Assembly (NCBI GenBank): GCA_008690995.1
Contig: VRMN01000001.1
Coordinates: forward strand, 2,728,001-2,792,000
Reading direction: 5' to 3'
Origin: Porphyridium purpureum
Taxonomy: Eukaryota
Length of the DNA: 64,000 nucleotides
Shown here: positions 51,414 to 62,191 of the stretch, one piece after another
How the letters are laid out: every line of letters begins with the position of its first letter
Position numbering within the stretch: position 1 is the stretch's first letter
Position numbers and translations under genes: made by a program
Notes under the pieces: generated by a model
Database searches by the model: none
What the model was told of the DNA's origin: nothing
What the model saw: the letters and a program-made list of their open reading frames with translations, nothing else

Positions 51414-52490
51414 CTAGACCCGAGTGGTGCCTGGCGGAGCGACGTCGTACAGAATGATGGCTTGGTTGTCTCCCACGGAGATGAGCTTGGAGAAATGGTT
51501 GACGAATGCGACGCCCCACGCGGGCTGGGAGTGAGAGTTGAGCGAGGTGGCACAGGCATACATTCCGTCTGCACCGGACGCGCGCGCATCCCACAGCTTG
51601 ACGCTGCCGTCCTCGCTGCAGGAGGCAAGCAGCGCGCCGTCGTGCGCGCTGCTCACGCCCATCACAAACCCGTCGTGCGCCTTCCATCGCGCGCCCTCCG
51701 TCGGCGTCCGCGCGTCAAACACACTCACCAGATTGTCGTCGCCGCCAGTCACGATTTGTTCCGCGTTGCACCATGCCAGGCTGCGCGCTGACAGTCCGTG
51801 GACGCGCCCAGAGGTCTGAGTCTTACCGGTCTCAACATCCAGCACGCGCACCATTCCGTCACTCGACGCGGCCGCCAGACGCCTGCCGTCCTCCGAGTAC
51901 TGCAACGCCATCACCATTCTGAGATCAACTCTGGACGCCGCATCTTTCTCAGCGCCGTCCCGTTCGCCGCCGACGCCGAACGTTCTTTTATGTAAACCGC
52001 CCGCGGACTCCCAGATCGAAATCTTGCCCGTGCTGCCGCCACCTGCCACCAACTGACCGTCCGGTGACAGGCTCACTCGGTACGCATTGCACAGCGTGGT
52101 AGTCACGAAGGCGGATTTAAAGTCGCGCTCATTGCCGTCTTGGACTTCGTCAGAATGAAGCGCGTGACGAATACACAAACTACCGTCAATCGACGACGAC
52201 ACGAGCTTTTGTCCGTCTGCGCTCACGTCCACGGATGTCACTCCCAGCGTATGATCCGTCTGCCACTCGGTTTCGAGAACAAGCGTGCCCTTGCTGTTAT
52301 CCTTGCTCACCGTGCCGTTCGCCTCTCCATCCTGATTCTCATCGAGCGAAGTCGCGTCGTTCTTGGAAATTCTCCATAACTGCACCACTCCATCTGCCCG
52401 GCCCGTTAGAACAGTGTCGTCGCTCGCGCATGCCACGCACCAAACCGCGGACGCGCCGTCCACGCGCCCGATCGGCTGCAAGGCCAGCAT
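51414..52490 (-). CDS. WD40-repeat protein, WDR61/Ski8-like
   Basis: Multiple WD repeats; HTLGVTSV, SSSIDG, W.VAF...L.SVGD. Confidence 0.75.
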   Translation of the reverse strand: MLALQPIGRVDGASAVWCVACASDDTVLTGRADGVVQLWRISKNDATSLDENQDGEANGTVSKDNSKGTLVLETEWQTDHTLGVTSVDVSADGQKLVSSSIDGSLCIRHALHSDEVQDGNERDFKSAFVTTTLCNAYRVSLSPDGQLVAGGGSTGKISIWESAGGLHKRTFGVGGERDGAEKDAASRVDLRMVMALQYSEDGRRLAAASSDGMVRVLDVETGKTQTSGRVHGLSARSLAWCNAEQIVTGGDDNLVSVFDARTPTEGARWKAHDGFVMGVSSAHDGALLASCSEDGSVKLWDARASGADGMYACATSLNSHSQPAWGVAFVNHFSKLISVGDNQAIILYDVAPPGTTRV

Positions 52491-52886
52491 ATTCTCGCGC
52501 TTATTCGGCTTTCTCTTCGAATCCTTCGTATTCCAATGCCGCGCGAACGACTGGCGTTTCGATGTCTTTCAACGATGTCGCCCCGTGGTTATGTCCGCAC
52601 AACAGCTGTACTACAGCGACGCACTCTGACCTCTGGAATAAACAACCGACTGGCTACGCGCGGGTCCCACACACGAGAGATCGCGACTCGGTAGGGAATC
52701 TATGTTACAGTTTATTTGGCATCAGAGAAAGTTCATCTCATCCGTCGCACGGCCGCCAACGTACAAAAGGGCTACAGCCGCCCAAAGTCCGAGCGAAACT
52801 CTTATTCTCTCATAAGGTACTACCGCTGCTAGCGACAGACGAGGACACAGGAACCTTCTTCGCAGGCTGTTTGACGGGACGCAGGC

Positions 52887-53858
52887 ATGACAAGCAACGA
52901 TGCCTTGTTGGTGTGCGGAAGCGGGGTCAGCACAGGCATACCCAGGCTGTCTTGTGTTCTCACCAACGCTAGTGGCTACGCCGGACATTATGGCATGTAT
53001 CAGTTCTGCAAAGTGTGTGACCACGCCTTGAATGTACCGGGCTCGCGCAACAAGCGCGGAAATGTGCAGATTGCGGTGCGACATGATGGAAGAATTGTGC
53101 TCGTGGATGCCGGCAAAACGATGAGGGAGTCGTTGCTTGCACATTTCCCGGCCGCCAAATTCACGCACATTGATGCCGTGCTTCTCACGCACGGCCACGC
53201 AGATGCCTTCATGGGCATGGATGATCTGCGCGATTTGCAGATGCCTTACAAAACTGGTCCGGGAGATGCTGCGGTCAAGCAGCAAAGCGTACTGCCTGTG
53301 TACTGCAACAAGCCCACGTATGAAACGGTACGAGAAGCCTTTCCGTACCTAACAGAAACTCCGTCACCAGAAGAGGCTTCCGTGCGGCGAGTGGCAATGC
53401 TTGACTTCCGAATAATTCAGGACAAACAGAGCTTCGAGCCGGTTGAGCGTTTCCGCATTCAAAGCATACCGCTTTGGCACGGCAACCAATACGTGTCTTT
53501 GGGATACATTTTCTACGCACTTGGTCGCTTGAAGAACGCGAAAATCTGCCACCTGTCGGATGTCTCAGAAGTATCGCCCGACACACTCGACTTTCTGCTG
53601 GAAGAGTCAGCCGCGGCGCCATTTGACGTTCTGCTTGTGGATTGCTTGTTGAAAAAGGATTGGTACTCGACTCATTTCGGGCTGCCAGATGCACTTGAAC
53701 TTGTGCGTCGGCTCCGTCCAAAACGCACCCTATTGATCGGGATGACATGTCGTGGGTTCGGACTGCACGATAAAATGAACAAGGAGCTGCATCAACTGCA
53801 AGAAACAGAGGGGCTGCGAGTGGAACTCGCATACGATGGGCTGCTCTGTGAGTTTTGA
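52887..53858 (+). CDS. Metallo-beta-lactamase-fold hydrolase (PhnP-like)
   Basis: GSGVSTGIP, THGHADAFMGMDDLR, THF and LAYDGL motifs. Confidence 0.9.
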   Translation: MTSNDALLVCGSGVSTGIPRLSCVLTNASGYAGHYGMYQFCKVCDHALNVPGSRNKRGNVQIAVRHDGRIVLVDAGKTMRESLLAHFPAAKFTHIDAVLLTHGHADAFMGMDDLRDLQMPYKTGPGDAAVKQQSVLPVYCNKPTYETVREAFPYLTETPSPEEASVRRVAMLDFRIIQDKQSFEPVERFRIQSIPLWHGNQYVSLGYIFYALGRLKNAKICHLSDVSEVSPDTLDFLLEESAAAPFDVLLVDCLLKKDWYSTHFGLPDALELVRRLRPKRTLLIGMTCRGFGLHDKMNKELHQLQETEGLRVELAYDGLLCEF

Positions 53859-54087
53859 GCGGGTGCCTGAAATAAATCCTTTCTCGGTCCTAACTGTGCA
53901 TATCGTTTGGAAAGCGTCTCGTTTCGTGCTCGCTTGGAAGCACAAGGTTACTTGTATACTTTGCAAGATTAGATCTGGCACCAAAAGGGGATGAAAAGAA
54001 ATGAGAATCAATAGAGAGAGCAACTGGGACAAGGAAAGAGAAGGAGGGAGACACCGCGAGAGAGTGGAGCTGCTTGTCGTGCCGTTG

Positions 54088-55128
54088 TCATTCCTGCACT
54101 TCCATTTCGTCGACGTCATCCTCTTCGTCCGCGTCATGAGATACCTGGGGTTTCGCGGCAACAAGCGGAGACATGTTTCGTGTCGCGCGTGGGACAACCT
54201 GTTCTCGATTCAGATCGTAAGCTTTGGGCATGGTATTCATGTTTTGCATCCGAGCTCCCAAATTCACAGATCGAATACCAGACGTCTGTCCAATTTTTCG
54301 AACGGGAAATCCCGAGCCTCCCTGTGCTACGCCAGTAGTAGACGAGGTTCCGTTCCCATCCGCAGAAACCGGCTCGCCCCTTGCTCCGATCCCACCTGCA
54401 CCAGCTGAAAGTCTGGTCACGGGTACGTCTTGCGAAGATACGCCGAGTGACCTCGGCTTGACCACGCCATCTGGATTCGCCTTGATACGAATGCCTGTCG
54501 AACGCAACCCTGAACTCGCGCTAGGAGCAGAACTTGTGCCACTAGTCGAGGTCGCTTGAGGCTGACCTGGTGCATTAGGCGCCGAAACACCCTGACCTAT
54601 TCTTGACGCGATCTGCGAAGGCTCCGGTGACGCGGGCGCAGATACGGGGGAGCCAATTGCGTCTGGACGCGACGGAGCCGCCGACACCGCTCCAGAACCA
54701 GGCGCTGCAGAGCTGCCAGATGATGTGGGCCCCTTCTCCGCCGACATTTTACGCGCACCAAGCGTGCCAGACTCAGACGCAAACTTGTTGAGTTTCTCTT
54801 GCGACGCCTTTTTCACAACTGACGCGACACCCGTCCCTGGCCCAGCGTCGGGCGCAGCTACATTGCCGGTTGGCCCATGTGCCGCCCCGAGGGCACCGGC
54901 CACTGGGTTGCCCGTGGCCGGAGGTCCACCTGTCGCACCAGGTGGATGGGGTCCTCCGCCCTGCTGCTTCTTCTGCTGCGCCATCGAATGATCTGCAGAA
55001 TCATAATACGCCCGTCCTTTCAAACCACGCGCCTGTAATCGCGCGGCGACCATGGCCTGCCGCTTCCCCACATAGTTTTCTCCCTGCGCTTTCTTTACCA
55101 GTTCTTCCTGCTTTGCGAGCGGATCCAT
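54088..55128 (-). CDS. Endosulfine-motif protein with long low-complexity tail
   Basis: KGRAYYDSADHSM resembles the ENSA/ARPP19/Igo FDS(G/A)D motif. Confidence 0.6.
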   Translation of the reverse strand: MDPLAKQEELVKKAQGENYVGKRQAMVAARLQARGLKGRAYYDSADHSMAQQKKQQGGGPHPPGATGGPPATGNPVAGALGAAHGPTGNVAAPDAGPGTGVASVVKKASQEKLNKFASESGTLGARKMSAEKGPTSSGSSAAPGSGAVSAAPSRPDAIGSPVSAPASPEPSQIASRIGQGVSAPNAPGQPQATSTSGTSSAPSASSGLRSTGIRIKANPDGVVKPRSLGVSSQDVPVTRLSAGAGGIGARGEPVSADGNGTSSTTGVAQGGSGFPVRKIGQTSGIRSVNLGARMQNMNTMPKAYDLNREQVVPRATRNMSPLVAAKPQVSHDADEEDDVDEMEVQE

Positions 55129-55606
55129 GGTTGCTCCGCGCCTTGTGGCTCCCGCGCGCCCCTTGACCAATCAAATGAGCACGACGTGAACACTCCTTTC
55201 TTCCTGCGGGCGACGGCGGAAACCCCCTTCCGTCCACTCCAAGAGCTCGGACCCACTTGGACCAACTCACCCTCGCGCGCAGGGCCCCGCTCGCACAAAC
55301 AAACACACGCGAGAGCACACCACGCGTCCCTCCCGCTTTGTCCCCACGCCACACCCTCCCCCGCACCTTTCCACGCGCACGCCCGTGCCGCCCTCAAACC
55401 GCCACTCGCGACGTCCTCTTGCTCACGCGCAGCGTGCTCCCTCGCGCGGCCGTGTTATGCGTCGTCCTCCAATCTCTCGCGACAACCCACCCGGAGCGCG
55501 GCACCTCACGCACCACTCCCACTGCTTCGGCGGTACGCGCGGCTCCCATTCACACACGATCGCCTCCGCTCTGCTTGCCTCTTCAACAAATCTCCAACCT
55601 CACGTA

Positions 55607-55627
55607 CACACACACACACACACACAC
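55607..55627. repeat. (AC)n microsatellite
   Basis: Read directly. Confidence 0.85.
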
Positions 55628-56220
55628 TCACCTTCTCTCCCTCTCTCCCCAACCTCCCCCACTTTCACCACGCGCATTCTTCTTGACTATCCAGCGCGCT
55701 ACGTAACACACACAACACCCACCTCCAGCCCTACTTGATCGATGTATCTCTCTCTGTGTCCCTCCTTTTTTGTTGCTTTGTGTCGGCCTCGGTTGGTGCG
55801 GTGCCTCTTGCGAAATTCGCGTGCTTTCAGTTTCACAACAAAGCCGCCCCACTCGGGCACAACAACAAATGCGGCGCTCTTTACTACGAAGCGCTCGACT
55901 CGGAATCAGCCGCGCACAGCACCGCGCTCTCACGCGCACGGTGTAAGTACAGGGAAACAGTGTACACTACTAATTTGAGGTACGCTGCGCCGCACTGAAC
56001 ACGCAAAGTGCGCTGTACTTACTGCGCAGAGGTACAGCTCGGGTCTGCGGATGTGGGCGTGGCGCCTGTACGCGATCGCGGCGGCTCGGGAAGTGGCGTG
56101 GGAACTGGCAGACACGTCTCGCACAAGATATTCATTCACAATTCCTGACACACGGCTACCAATGCGCACAGAACCAGAGAGCGTCTGAACGCATAGCTAA
56201 AGGGGGGGAAGAAAACACAA

Positions 56221-56871
56221 CTAATCCTTCTGCGCGCCGTTTCCGTTCGCGTGCGATACCGCCTTGGGCTTCGACGAGCCCTGCACTTGTGAAATCAGAT
56301 ACGCAGTCCAGAAAATAGAGATGATGTTCCCGTACAGCACGCGCAGGTTGAGCGGAATCACGGCATACGCAATCGCGTTGGCCGGAATCCACACGCCCCA
56401 GTTCTTCTTCATGACATTCAGCAGGTTCGCCTTTAGACTTTGGCGCACCGCACCCAGCGACTGGTCTTGCATGAGGCCGTTGATCAAGAAGTACAGCGCC
56501 ACAAACAGCGGACTAAACAAGAATTGGTCGATAAATGTCTTTGCAACGACAATGACAGGCGTCGACTGGTTCGCCACCTTTCGAAACACAACGCGGTCGA
56601 GAAACATGTGGAAAAAGTGCAGCACGGGGCCGCGAATGACGAGCCCCATCGTGAGCTCGTTGAAGAGCGACGACGTTCGTACCGGATCCTTCGAAAGCTG
56701 CTTGGCCGCGAGGTCGCTCACCACAGAAAGCACGCCCGCGGACACGGACTTGGTGAGCACTGGGTCGGTCTCCAGCGCACGCAGATACCGGCTCCACGCC
56801 ACGCGCAGCACCATTCCCGCGGCGGACGACGGCCGTCCGTTGGAGCTCACAAGCACTGTTCCCGCCGACAT
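56221..56871 (-). CDS. Mpv17/PMP22 family membrane protein
   Basis: YLRALE..PVLTKS, DQFLFSP and W.VWIPAN.I.Y..IP..LRVL motifs. Confidence 0.92.
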   Translation of the reverse strand: MSAGTVLVSSNGRPSSAAGMVLRVAWSRYLRALETDPVLTKSVSAGVLSVVSDLAAKQLSKDPVRTSSLFNELTMGLVIRGPVLHFFHMFLDRVVFRKVANQSTPVIVVAKTFIDQFLFSPLFVALYFLINGLMQDQSLGAVRQSLKANLLNVMKKNWGVWIPANAIAYAVIPLNLRVLYGNIISIFWTAYLISQVQGSSKPKAVSHANGNGAQKD

Positions 56872-57165
56872 GGCTGCGTTCTTCGCCTTCTCTCGCGCTC
56901 TTCCCCCACTCCTCCCTGCCGCCCCGATATCTGTCTCTTCGCTCTTACATGTGTCACGTCACCGTATGGCAGCCGTTCCAGTTCATATGCCACCCATTAT
57001 TAATTTTTTTTCCCCTTTATCATCTCCCACCCGTTCTGCAACAATCTCCGCATCGTATCAGAACCCTCCGCTTTGTTAGGAACTTTCCATCAACTGTACT
57101 AAATGCTCCGAGGATTAAATTATTTTACAAGGTGACAAGCGGCCACTAACCTACAAGTTTGGCAT

Positions 57166-58581
57166 TCACGAACTGGTGTCGTGCGTGCGCCGCGCGCGGC
57201 TTCTGGAGCGGAACCGGGCCTCGCTCTCCATTTCGGTGTCCTTCTCCTCCCTGACAGTCCCTGACACCGGATGCCTCGACCGCGACCTCGACAGGGCGCG
57301 CAGAAGCAAGGGTGTGTGATCATTTTCCTCTGACTCGTGGTCCTTGTGGCGGTCCTTGCGGGACAGAGTGCGTCGCAGATCAGATACTCCACCTCCAAGG
57401 CTGCCCTTTGTAGAGATGGAACGCGAAAACGACGGCCCAGCCGTATCCTCGGCCATGGAAGCCGGCGTCATCGGGCTCGTCCATTCGGGCGCAAAGCTCA
57501 CGTCGTGATGACCCACGCTGCGAGCCGAATGTGGACGTTGCGCGGCTTCTCTGCGAAGCACCGACTGGTATGCATTGATTGCATCGCCTTCCCGAGCCGA
57601 CACGGGACCGGGTGAGCGCATGACCGTGGCCGCCATCGACGGAATGGTCACTGAGGGCGAGTGGCGCGTTTCGCTGCTCATGGAACGTTTTGGCCGAAGG
57701 TTGATGGTCTGTAGCGTCAGGTGGGCCTTCCTTCCGTCCGATTTGCTGCGCTCGTTCATCCCACGCTTGGAATGCGATGAATACAAAGAGTGCCGCCGCG
57801 TACTGCGCTTGTCTGGGCCTCGATTGCTCTCAGTGCCCAACCGCCTGGGACTGCTGTTCGCGTGGGGCAGCATATCTGTGTCTGTGGGACTAGGCTCGTG
57901 CTCCTGTCCAAGCTCTGGTTCTGGATTCAAAGGCAGGATGCCGTGCACGCGGTCGCAATTGATCGAGAGTTCTTGAAAGTCATCACCAAACACTTCCATC
58001 AGCTGCTCCATGTGCAGCGTGCTACCGTTGAACGAGGCGGTTGCTTCAGAGAAGGCAAGCGAGCCCGAGTTCTCCAGCCTTCTATGATTGCATATCCTCG
58101 GAATCTCGCGAGCGCTTGTATGGCTCGGGCTCCTTGAGCTCTGCAGCGCACGTTGCGCGCTAGACGAAGGGAAGCGCTCTTCCGAGCGGAACGACGCGAG
58201 CTCGAACGCAGACATGTTTGAAGAACGCAACGGGTGGGAACTTCGGTCCGTTCGTACGGAGTTGGCACCAACCATAGCCGCGAACGCGTCCTTTGTTCCC
58301 GGCTCGGCAGCTGTGACCGCCGAGATCGACGTTGCCGTCGGCTGGTACAAAGCTGCGTCGTCGGACTTTGTGGGCCCAAAGTTTGAGGACGATGAGCACA
58401 TGCTCTCACCGCGGTTGTGCGCCTCCCCGCCTTTGAGCTCGGCCCCCAGTAACAACGTAAGCGGACGATACGCCGACGCGGACGACCCCCCATACTCAGC
58501 GTTGACATCTTCGCTGCCAACCCGATGCACATGCCCGTCTACGGCGGGCAAGCGCATGACCGTGGCGTGTATCCTGTCCAT
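57166..58581 (-). CDS. Ser/Arg-rich hypothetical protein
   Basis: Long ORF from ATG 58581; no domain recognised. Confidence 0.55.
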   Translation of the reverse strand: MDRIHATVMRLPAVDGHVHRVGSEDVNAEYGGSSASAYRPLTLLLGAELKGGEAHNRGESMCSSSSNFGPTKSDDAALYQPTATSISAVTAAEPGTKDAFAAMVGANSVRTDRSSHPLRSSNMSAFELASFRSEERFPSSSAQRALQSSRSPSHTSAREIPRICNHRRLENSGSLAFSEATASFNGSTLHMEQLMEVFGDDFQELSINCDRVHGILPLNPEPELGQEHEPSPTDTDMLPHANSSPRRLGTESNRGPDKRSTRRHSLYSSHSKRGMNERSKSDGRKAHLTLQTINLRPKRSMSSETRHSPSVTIPSMAATVMRSPGPVSAREGDAINAYQSVLRREAAQRPHSARSVGHHDVSFAPEWTSPMTPASMAEDTAGPSFSRSISTKGSLGGGVSDLRRTLSRKDRHKDHESEENDHTPLLLRALSRSRSRHPVSGTVREEKDTEMESEARFRSRSRARRTHDTSS

Positions 58582-59453
58582 ATTCTCTGCGAGCGATGCG
58601 CAACAGCTCCGCGCAACACACGCGCGCGTTTGCCAACACTGTTCTCTACGCTTCACTGCGAAACGTGACGGCAGTCGTTAAAAACCATTCAGAGCGAGTC
58701 GTCCAACCTATACGGGGGAATGCAGCCGCTGCTCTTCCTTTTTTTCATGTGTAACCCAGTCGCTGGGGACGCCCATGCTCCGGTGGCTCTGTGCCAAACC
58801 GATTCTAACCGCCACGCGCCGCTCCCTTTGGTTTATCGGCAGCGAATTCGAATCTGGCTTTCCACATACGCGTGTACGTGCTGGACATATTCCTTCCCTT
58901 GTAGTTTGCCGACTTGCGCTGTATGTCACACTGCTGGGCGTGCACGCAAAACAACGACACCACCAGCGTGCGATTTCAAATCATGCCAAGCCCGCGTCAT
59001 GCGACGTCGCGTATCAAGCGGCTCCGGGTGAACTGGGCGATCACGTGGATGCCGCCGCGTCTTGCGTGGCTTTTTCCTCTTTGTGCTCACGCGAAATCAC
59101 AACCCTTCTGGAATGCGCCATTGCTTTGAAATGCGCGGCGTTTTCTGCGAATTTACAGCGATTCTCGAATCCGTGCGCCATTACACACGCGTGTGTCACA
59201 TCCCAAATTCAGTCCGCGGTCTCTTTATTTTCGTGTGAAGGTGGGAAGGATCGAGGAGCGCGCCGCTTTGAACCGAGCGGGACAGCGCTCGATCGCGACG
59301 GGTTGGTCTTGTTGGCGTCCGCAGAATCGAGTTATTGTTGGCGTCGAACGACATAAGGAGGGTTGGGCGTCGTCGAGCAGGCACCTTGCTCGTCAGGTGC
59401 GAGCGTGTTCTGGGCTCTTTGCCGGAGACATCGACCAATCAACACAAGCAGTG

Positions 59454-60442
59454 TCAAGCTTTGTACGCCAGCTTTTTCGCCAACTCACGACAGTTGATGG
59501 CGCCGTCCGGCGCCGTTTTGGAGTTGGCAAAGAACGCGGCGACTTCTTCCTCGTTCAGCGCTTCTTGTGTGGTGGTGAGGGCATGGCGTAGTTCGTCCGC
59601 CGCAATGTATCCCGTTCCGCTCTGTCGGCACCCGCACGTATCCGCAACGCGAGAAAGACATGAGTGAACGTTCAAAAAAAGCATGTTACCCGCATGAAAA
59701 CATCATAGTTAGAGATCCCATTCCATTCAATGCGCAAGAATGCTTGCTAATGTTGCAGTCAACATGAAATGTGAAAAAGTAGTGCCCCAGACAACACGAA
59801 GGCTCACGCGCTGTTCGAAACTAATCGTACCTTGTCAAAAACCTTCAGGGCCTGGAAAATGTCTTCCTCGGTCAATGGTGATTCGTAGTGCTTCTCCAAG
59901 CATTGCAAGAACGCTGCAGGCATCCAGTCAACATCACCAACATCAAACACCGAACACATTCCCAAGATACACACCATGTCGAGACAAAGGGCACCGAGAT
60001 CGTGAACGAAGTACAAGCACACACGAGGACGTGATTCAGGTCAGCGACTTATCCTTCAAATTTTCCGCGCAATGCTCAGCAAGACGCCTTTCGACAAGGG
60101 TGCAGCAGACGGACCTTCATAAAGGCTCTGTCCACCGCCGCAACCGCCACGCATGCATACACACCTGCAAAAAAAAAGAGAACACGAATAAAAAAGGATC
60201 AACGTACGCTGAAATTGGAACTCGCCGGTGTCCATGGCATCGACCTCCTTCTTCATCTGCGCGACTGTCGACTCGGTGGGGTTTTGCCCGAGCGCCCGCA
60301 CCAGCGTGCCCAGCTCCGACGTGGCGACCGCGCCTTTCCCTTCAAGATCAAACAGCCCAAACACCTCGAGAAACTCGGCCTCCTTCTCCTTCGACACCTT
60401 CTTCTCCGAGATATTTGTCGGCGCGGGTGGCGACGGCTCCAT
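59454..60442 (-). CDS. Calmodulin/myosin-light-chain-like EF-hand protein; three exons: 60442-60208, 59913-59831, 59621-59454
   Basis: GTACG donors and CAG acceptors join in phase to give 161 aa: F.EVFGLFD...ELGTLVRALGQNPT...VFDKSGTGYIAADELRHALTT. Confidence 0.88.
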
Positions 60443-60724
60443 GTTTCCCTCCGTGCGGCTCTCTCTCTCTCTCTTCCTCTTGCTGGCTCGCACCCACCGC
60501 AACCGCTGTCCTCTGTCTCTCCGTCTTCGCTTCTCTTCGTCTTCGCATGACCAGCCGCAGCGATGCAGCGATGCAGCTTGGTAGTGTACCTTTGGGAATG
60601 GGAGTACAGTTGGACTGTTTCATTTCTCGACAAAAAGCTGGGTGGCGGGCGCCGCGAGTGACGAAGAGGATTGGCGTGGCTTGGGACGTGATTTGGGTTG
60701 CGGTGCGCTCTGGAGCATTGAGCA

Positions 60725-61357
60725 ATGTCAGATCTCTCGGATATTGAAAGCCTCGACGGCGGGAGCGCGGCGCACAGCGATGTCGAGGAGCAAGGTGCCG
60801 TGGATGATGGGACTGCCGCCGTCTCGTATCCGCTGCACGTCGTCTACTGCGGGAACTGCGGCCTGCCGCCAGAGTACTGCGAGTTTGATGCTAAAGAGTT
60901 TGAAGCGCGATGCAAGCCATGGATTGCGAGCAACTGCCCGTGGGTTTATCCTGATCTGTTCCCGAAAGGGTCTGGCGGTGCGGTGGAGGAGAACATGAAG
61001 CAGTTGGACATTCAGGACGCAGACGGTGAGGAACCGAAGGAAAAACCAGGCAAGAAGAAGAAAGGTGATCCCGAAGTGCTGCTGGCCCTATCCACAAAGA
61101 AGGGGCGCAAGTCTGCAACGGTGATTACTGGCGCAGATTTGTTTGGTATCAAACTAGATGAAGCCGCAAAGATGTTCAAGAAGCGCTTTGCTTGCGGATG
61201 CGCCGTGACGAAGAACGCGCAACAACAAGATACAATCGAGGTGCAGGGCGACCAACGGCGCGAGGCGGCCGAGCTCTTACGCGATCAGTACAATGTACCT
61301 GAGTATGTCATTTTCATCATGGAAGACAAGAAGAGCAAGGTGCGAGCCTTTCCTTGA
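60725..61357 (+). CDS. DENR: Density-regulated protein / TMA22 (SUI1 domain)
   Basis: VVYCGNCGLPPEYCEF zinc site; KRFACGCAV...IEVQGD. Confidence 0.94.
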   Translation: MSDLSDIESLDGGSAAHSDVEEQGAVDDGTAAVSYPLHVVYCGNCGLPPEYCEFDAKEFEARCKPWIASNCPWVYPDLFPKGSGGAVEENMKQLDIQDADGEEPKEKPGKKKKGDPEVLLALSTKKGRKSATVITGADLFGIKLDEAAKMFKKRFACGCAVTKNAQQQDTIEVQGDQRREAAELLRDQYNVPEYVIFIMEDKKSKVRAFP

Positions 61358-61387
61358 GATTAATATGAACTGAAAATCCGTTTACTT

Positions 61388-62191
61388 TCAGTCGCATGTC
61401 TCACATGGGACTTCGTACTTACTCCCTTTTACGAGCGCAAAATTCATTGCGCGTTCATCCAGGTCGGGAAGTCGGCCACTTGGAGTTCCGCGATTGAGCA
61501 AATTACCTTCGTCATCCACTAGCACGAAACTACGAAACTGTTGATCGGGTCCCGGGCACCAAACGAGCTTGAAGGCGATACGGGACTTGAACTGAATATG
61601 TGCGACATCACGTGGAGGCTCGCTGTTACATCCCATCATGCACGTGCTCCAACTTCCCCCAGAACCGAGCTCGGGGAGGCTCGCGATACGGATTCCTTCG
61701 CCCAACGGATTCCGCGCGTGGATTCCCGCCACTCTGCCTCCATTCTCGCTATCTGCTTCGCCATCCACCATTGCCGTGAGGTCGCAGTGATTGAAGTCAT
61801 TGAAAGAGTGACCCGTGTAGCCCAATCCTGGCCGGGCCGAAACAAGGTCCCGTAGTCCGCCAGCCCAAAGAATCCGACGTCGAACATCTTCCCAGTCAAC
61901 GCTCAGGTCCAGCTCAGAATCTAGTGACAGTACCCGAGCGCGAATGTTCCTCATGCGCTCGACGGCCGTGCCAGGATAGTCTGGGTCCACAAGGTCGACA
62001 CCCATCCTGTGAGCCGCACACGCCGTGCTTCTGCTGAGCAGAGGCAGGCCGCACGCCAACACGCACAGCGACCACGCCACGCCCAGCCGCGTGCGATGCA
62101 GGTTCTGCGGAACAAGGCAGCACGACGAACGAACAGCTTTCCTGCGCACCCGCCCGACTCCTACGTCAGCACAGGTGAATCCCAACTCCAT
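61388..62191 (-). CDS. Uncharacterised protein with possible bipartite targeting peptide
   Basis: Basic then hydrophobic N-terminus, followed by a globular-looking His/Cys/Trp-containing domain; start uncertain. Confidence 0.6.
   Translation of the reverse strand: MELGFTCADVGVGRVRRKAVRSSCCLVPQNLHRTRLGVAWSLCVLACGLPLLSRSTACAAHRMGVDLVDPDYPGTAVERMRNIRARVLSLDSELDLSVDWEDVRRRILWAGGLRDLVSARPGLGYTGHSFNDFNHCDLTAMVDGEADSENGGRVAGIHARNPLGEGIRIASLPELGSGGSWSTCMMGCNSEPPRDVAHIQFKSRIAFKLVWCPGPDQQFRSFVLVDDEGNLLNRGTPSGRLPDLDERAMNFALVKGSKYEVPCETCD

Noticed and set aside
60165..60207. Alternative short 43-nt first intron ending at the TTTTGCAG acceptor
   Set aside because: It does not restore EF-hand sequence, whereas the acceptor at 59914 joins in phase; minor use cannot be excluded
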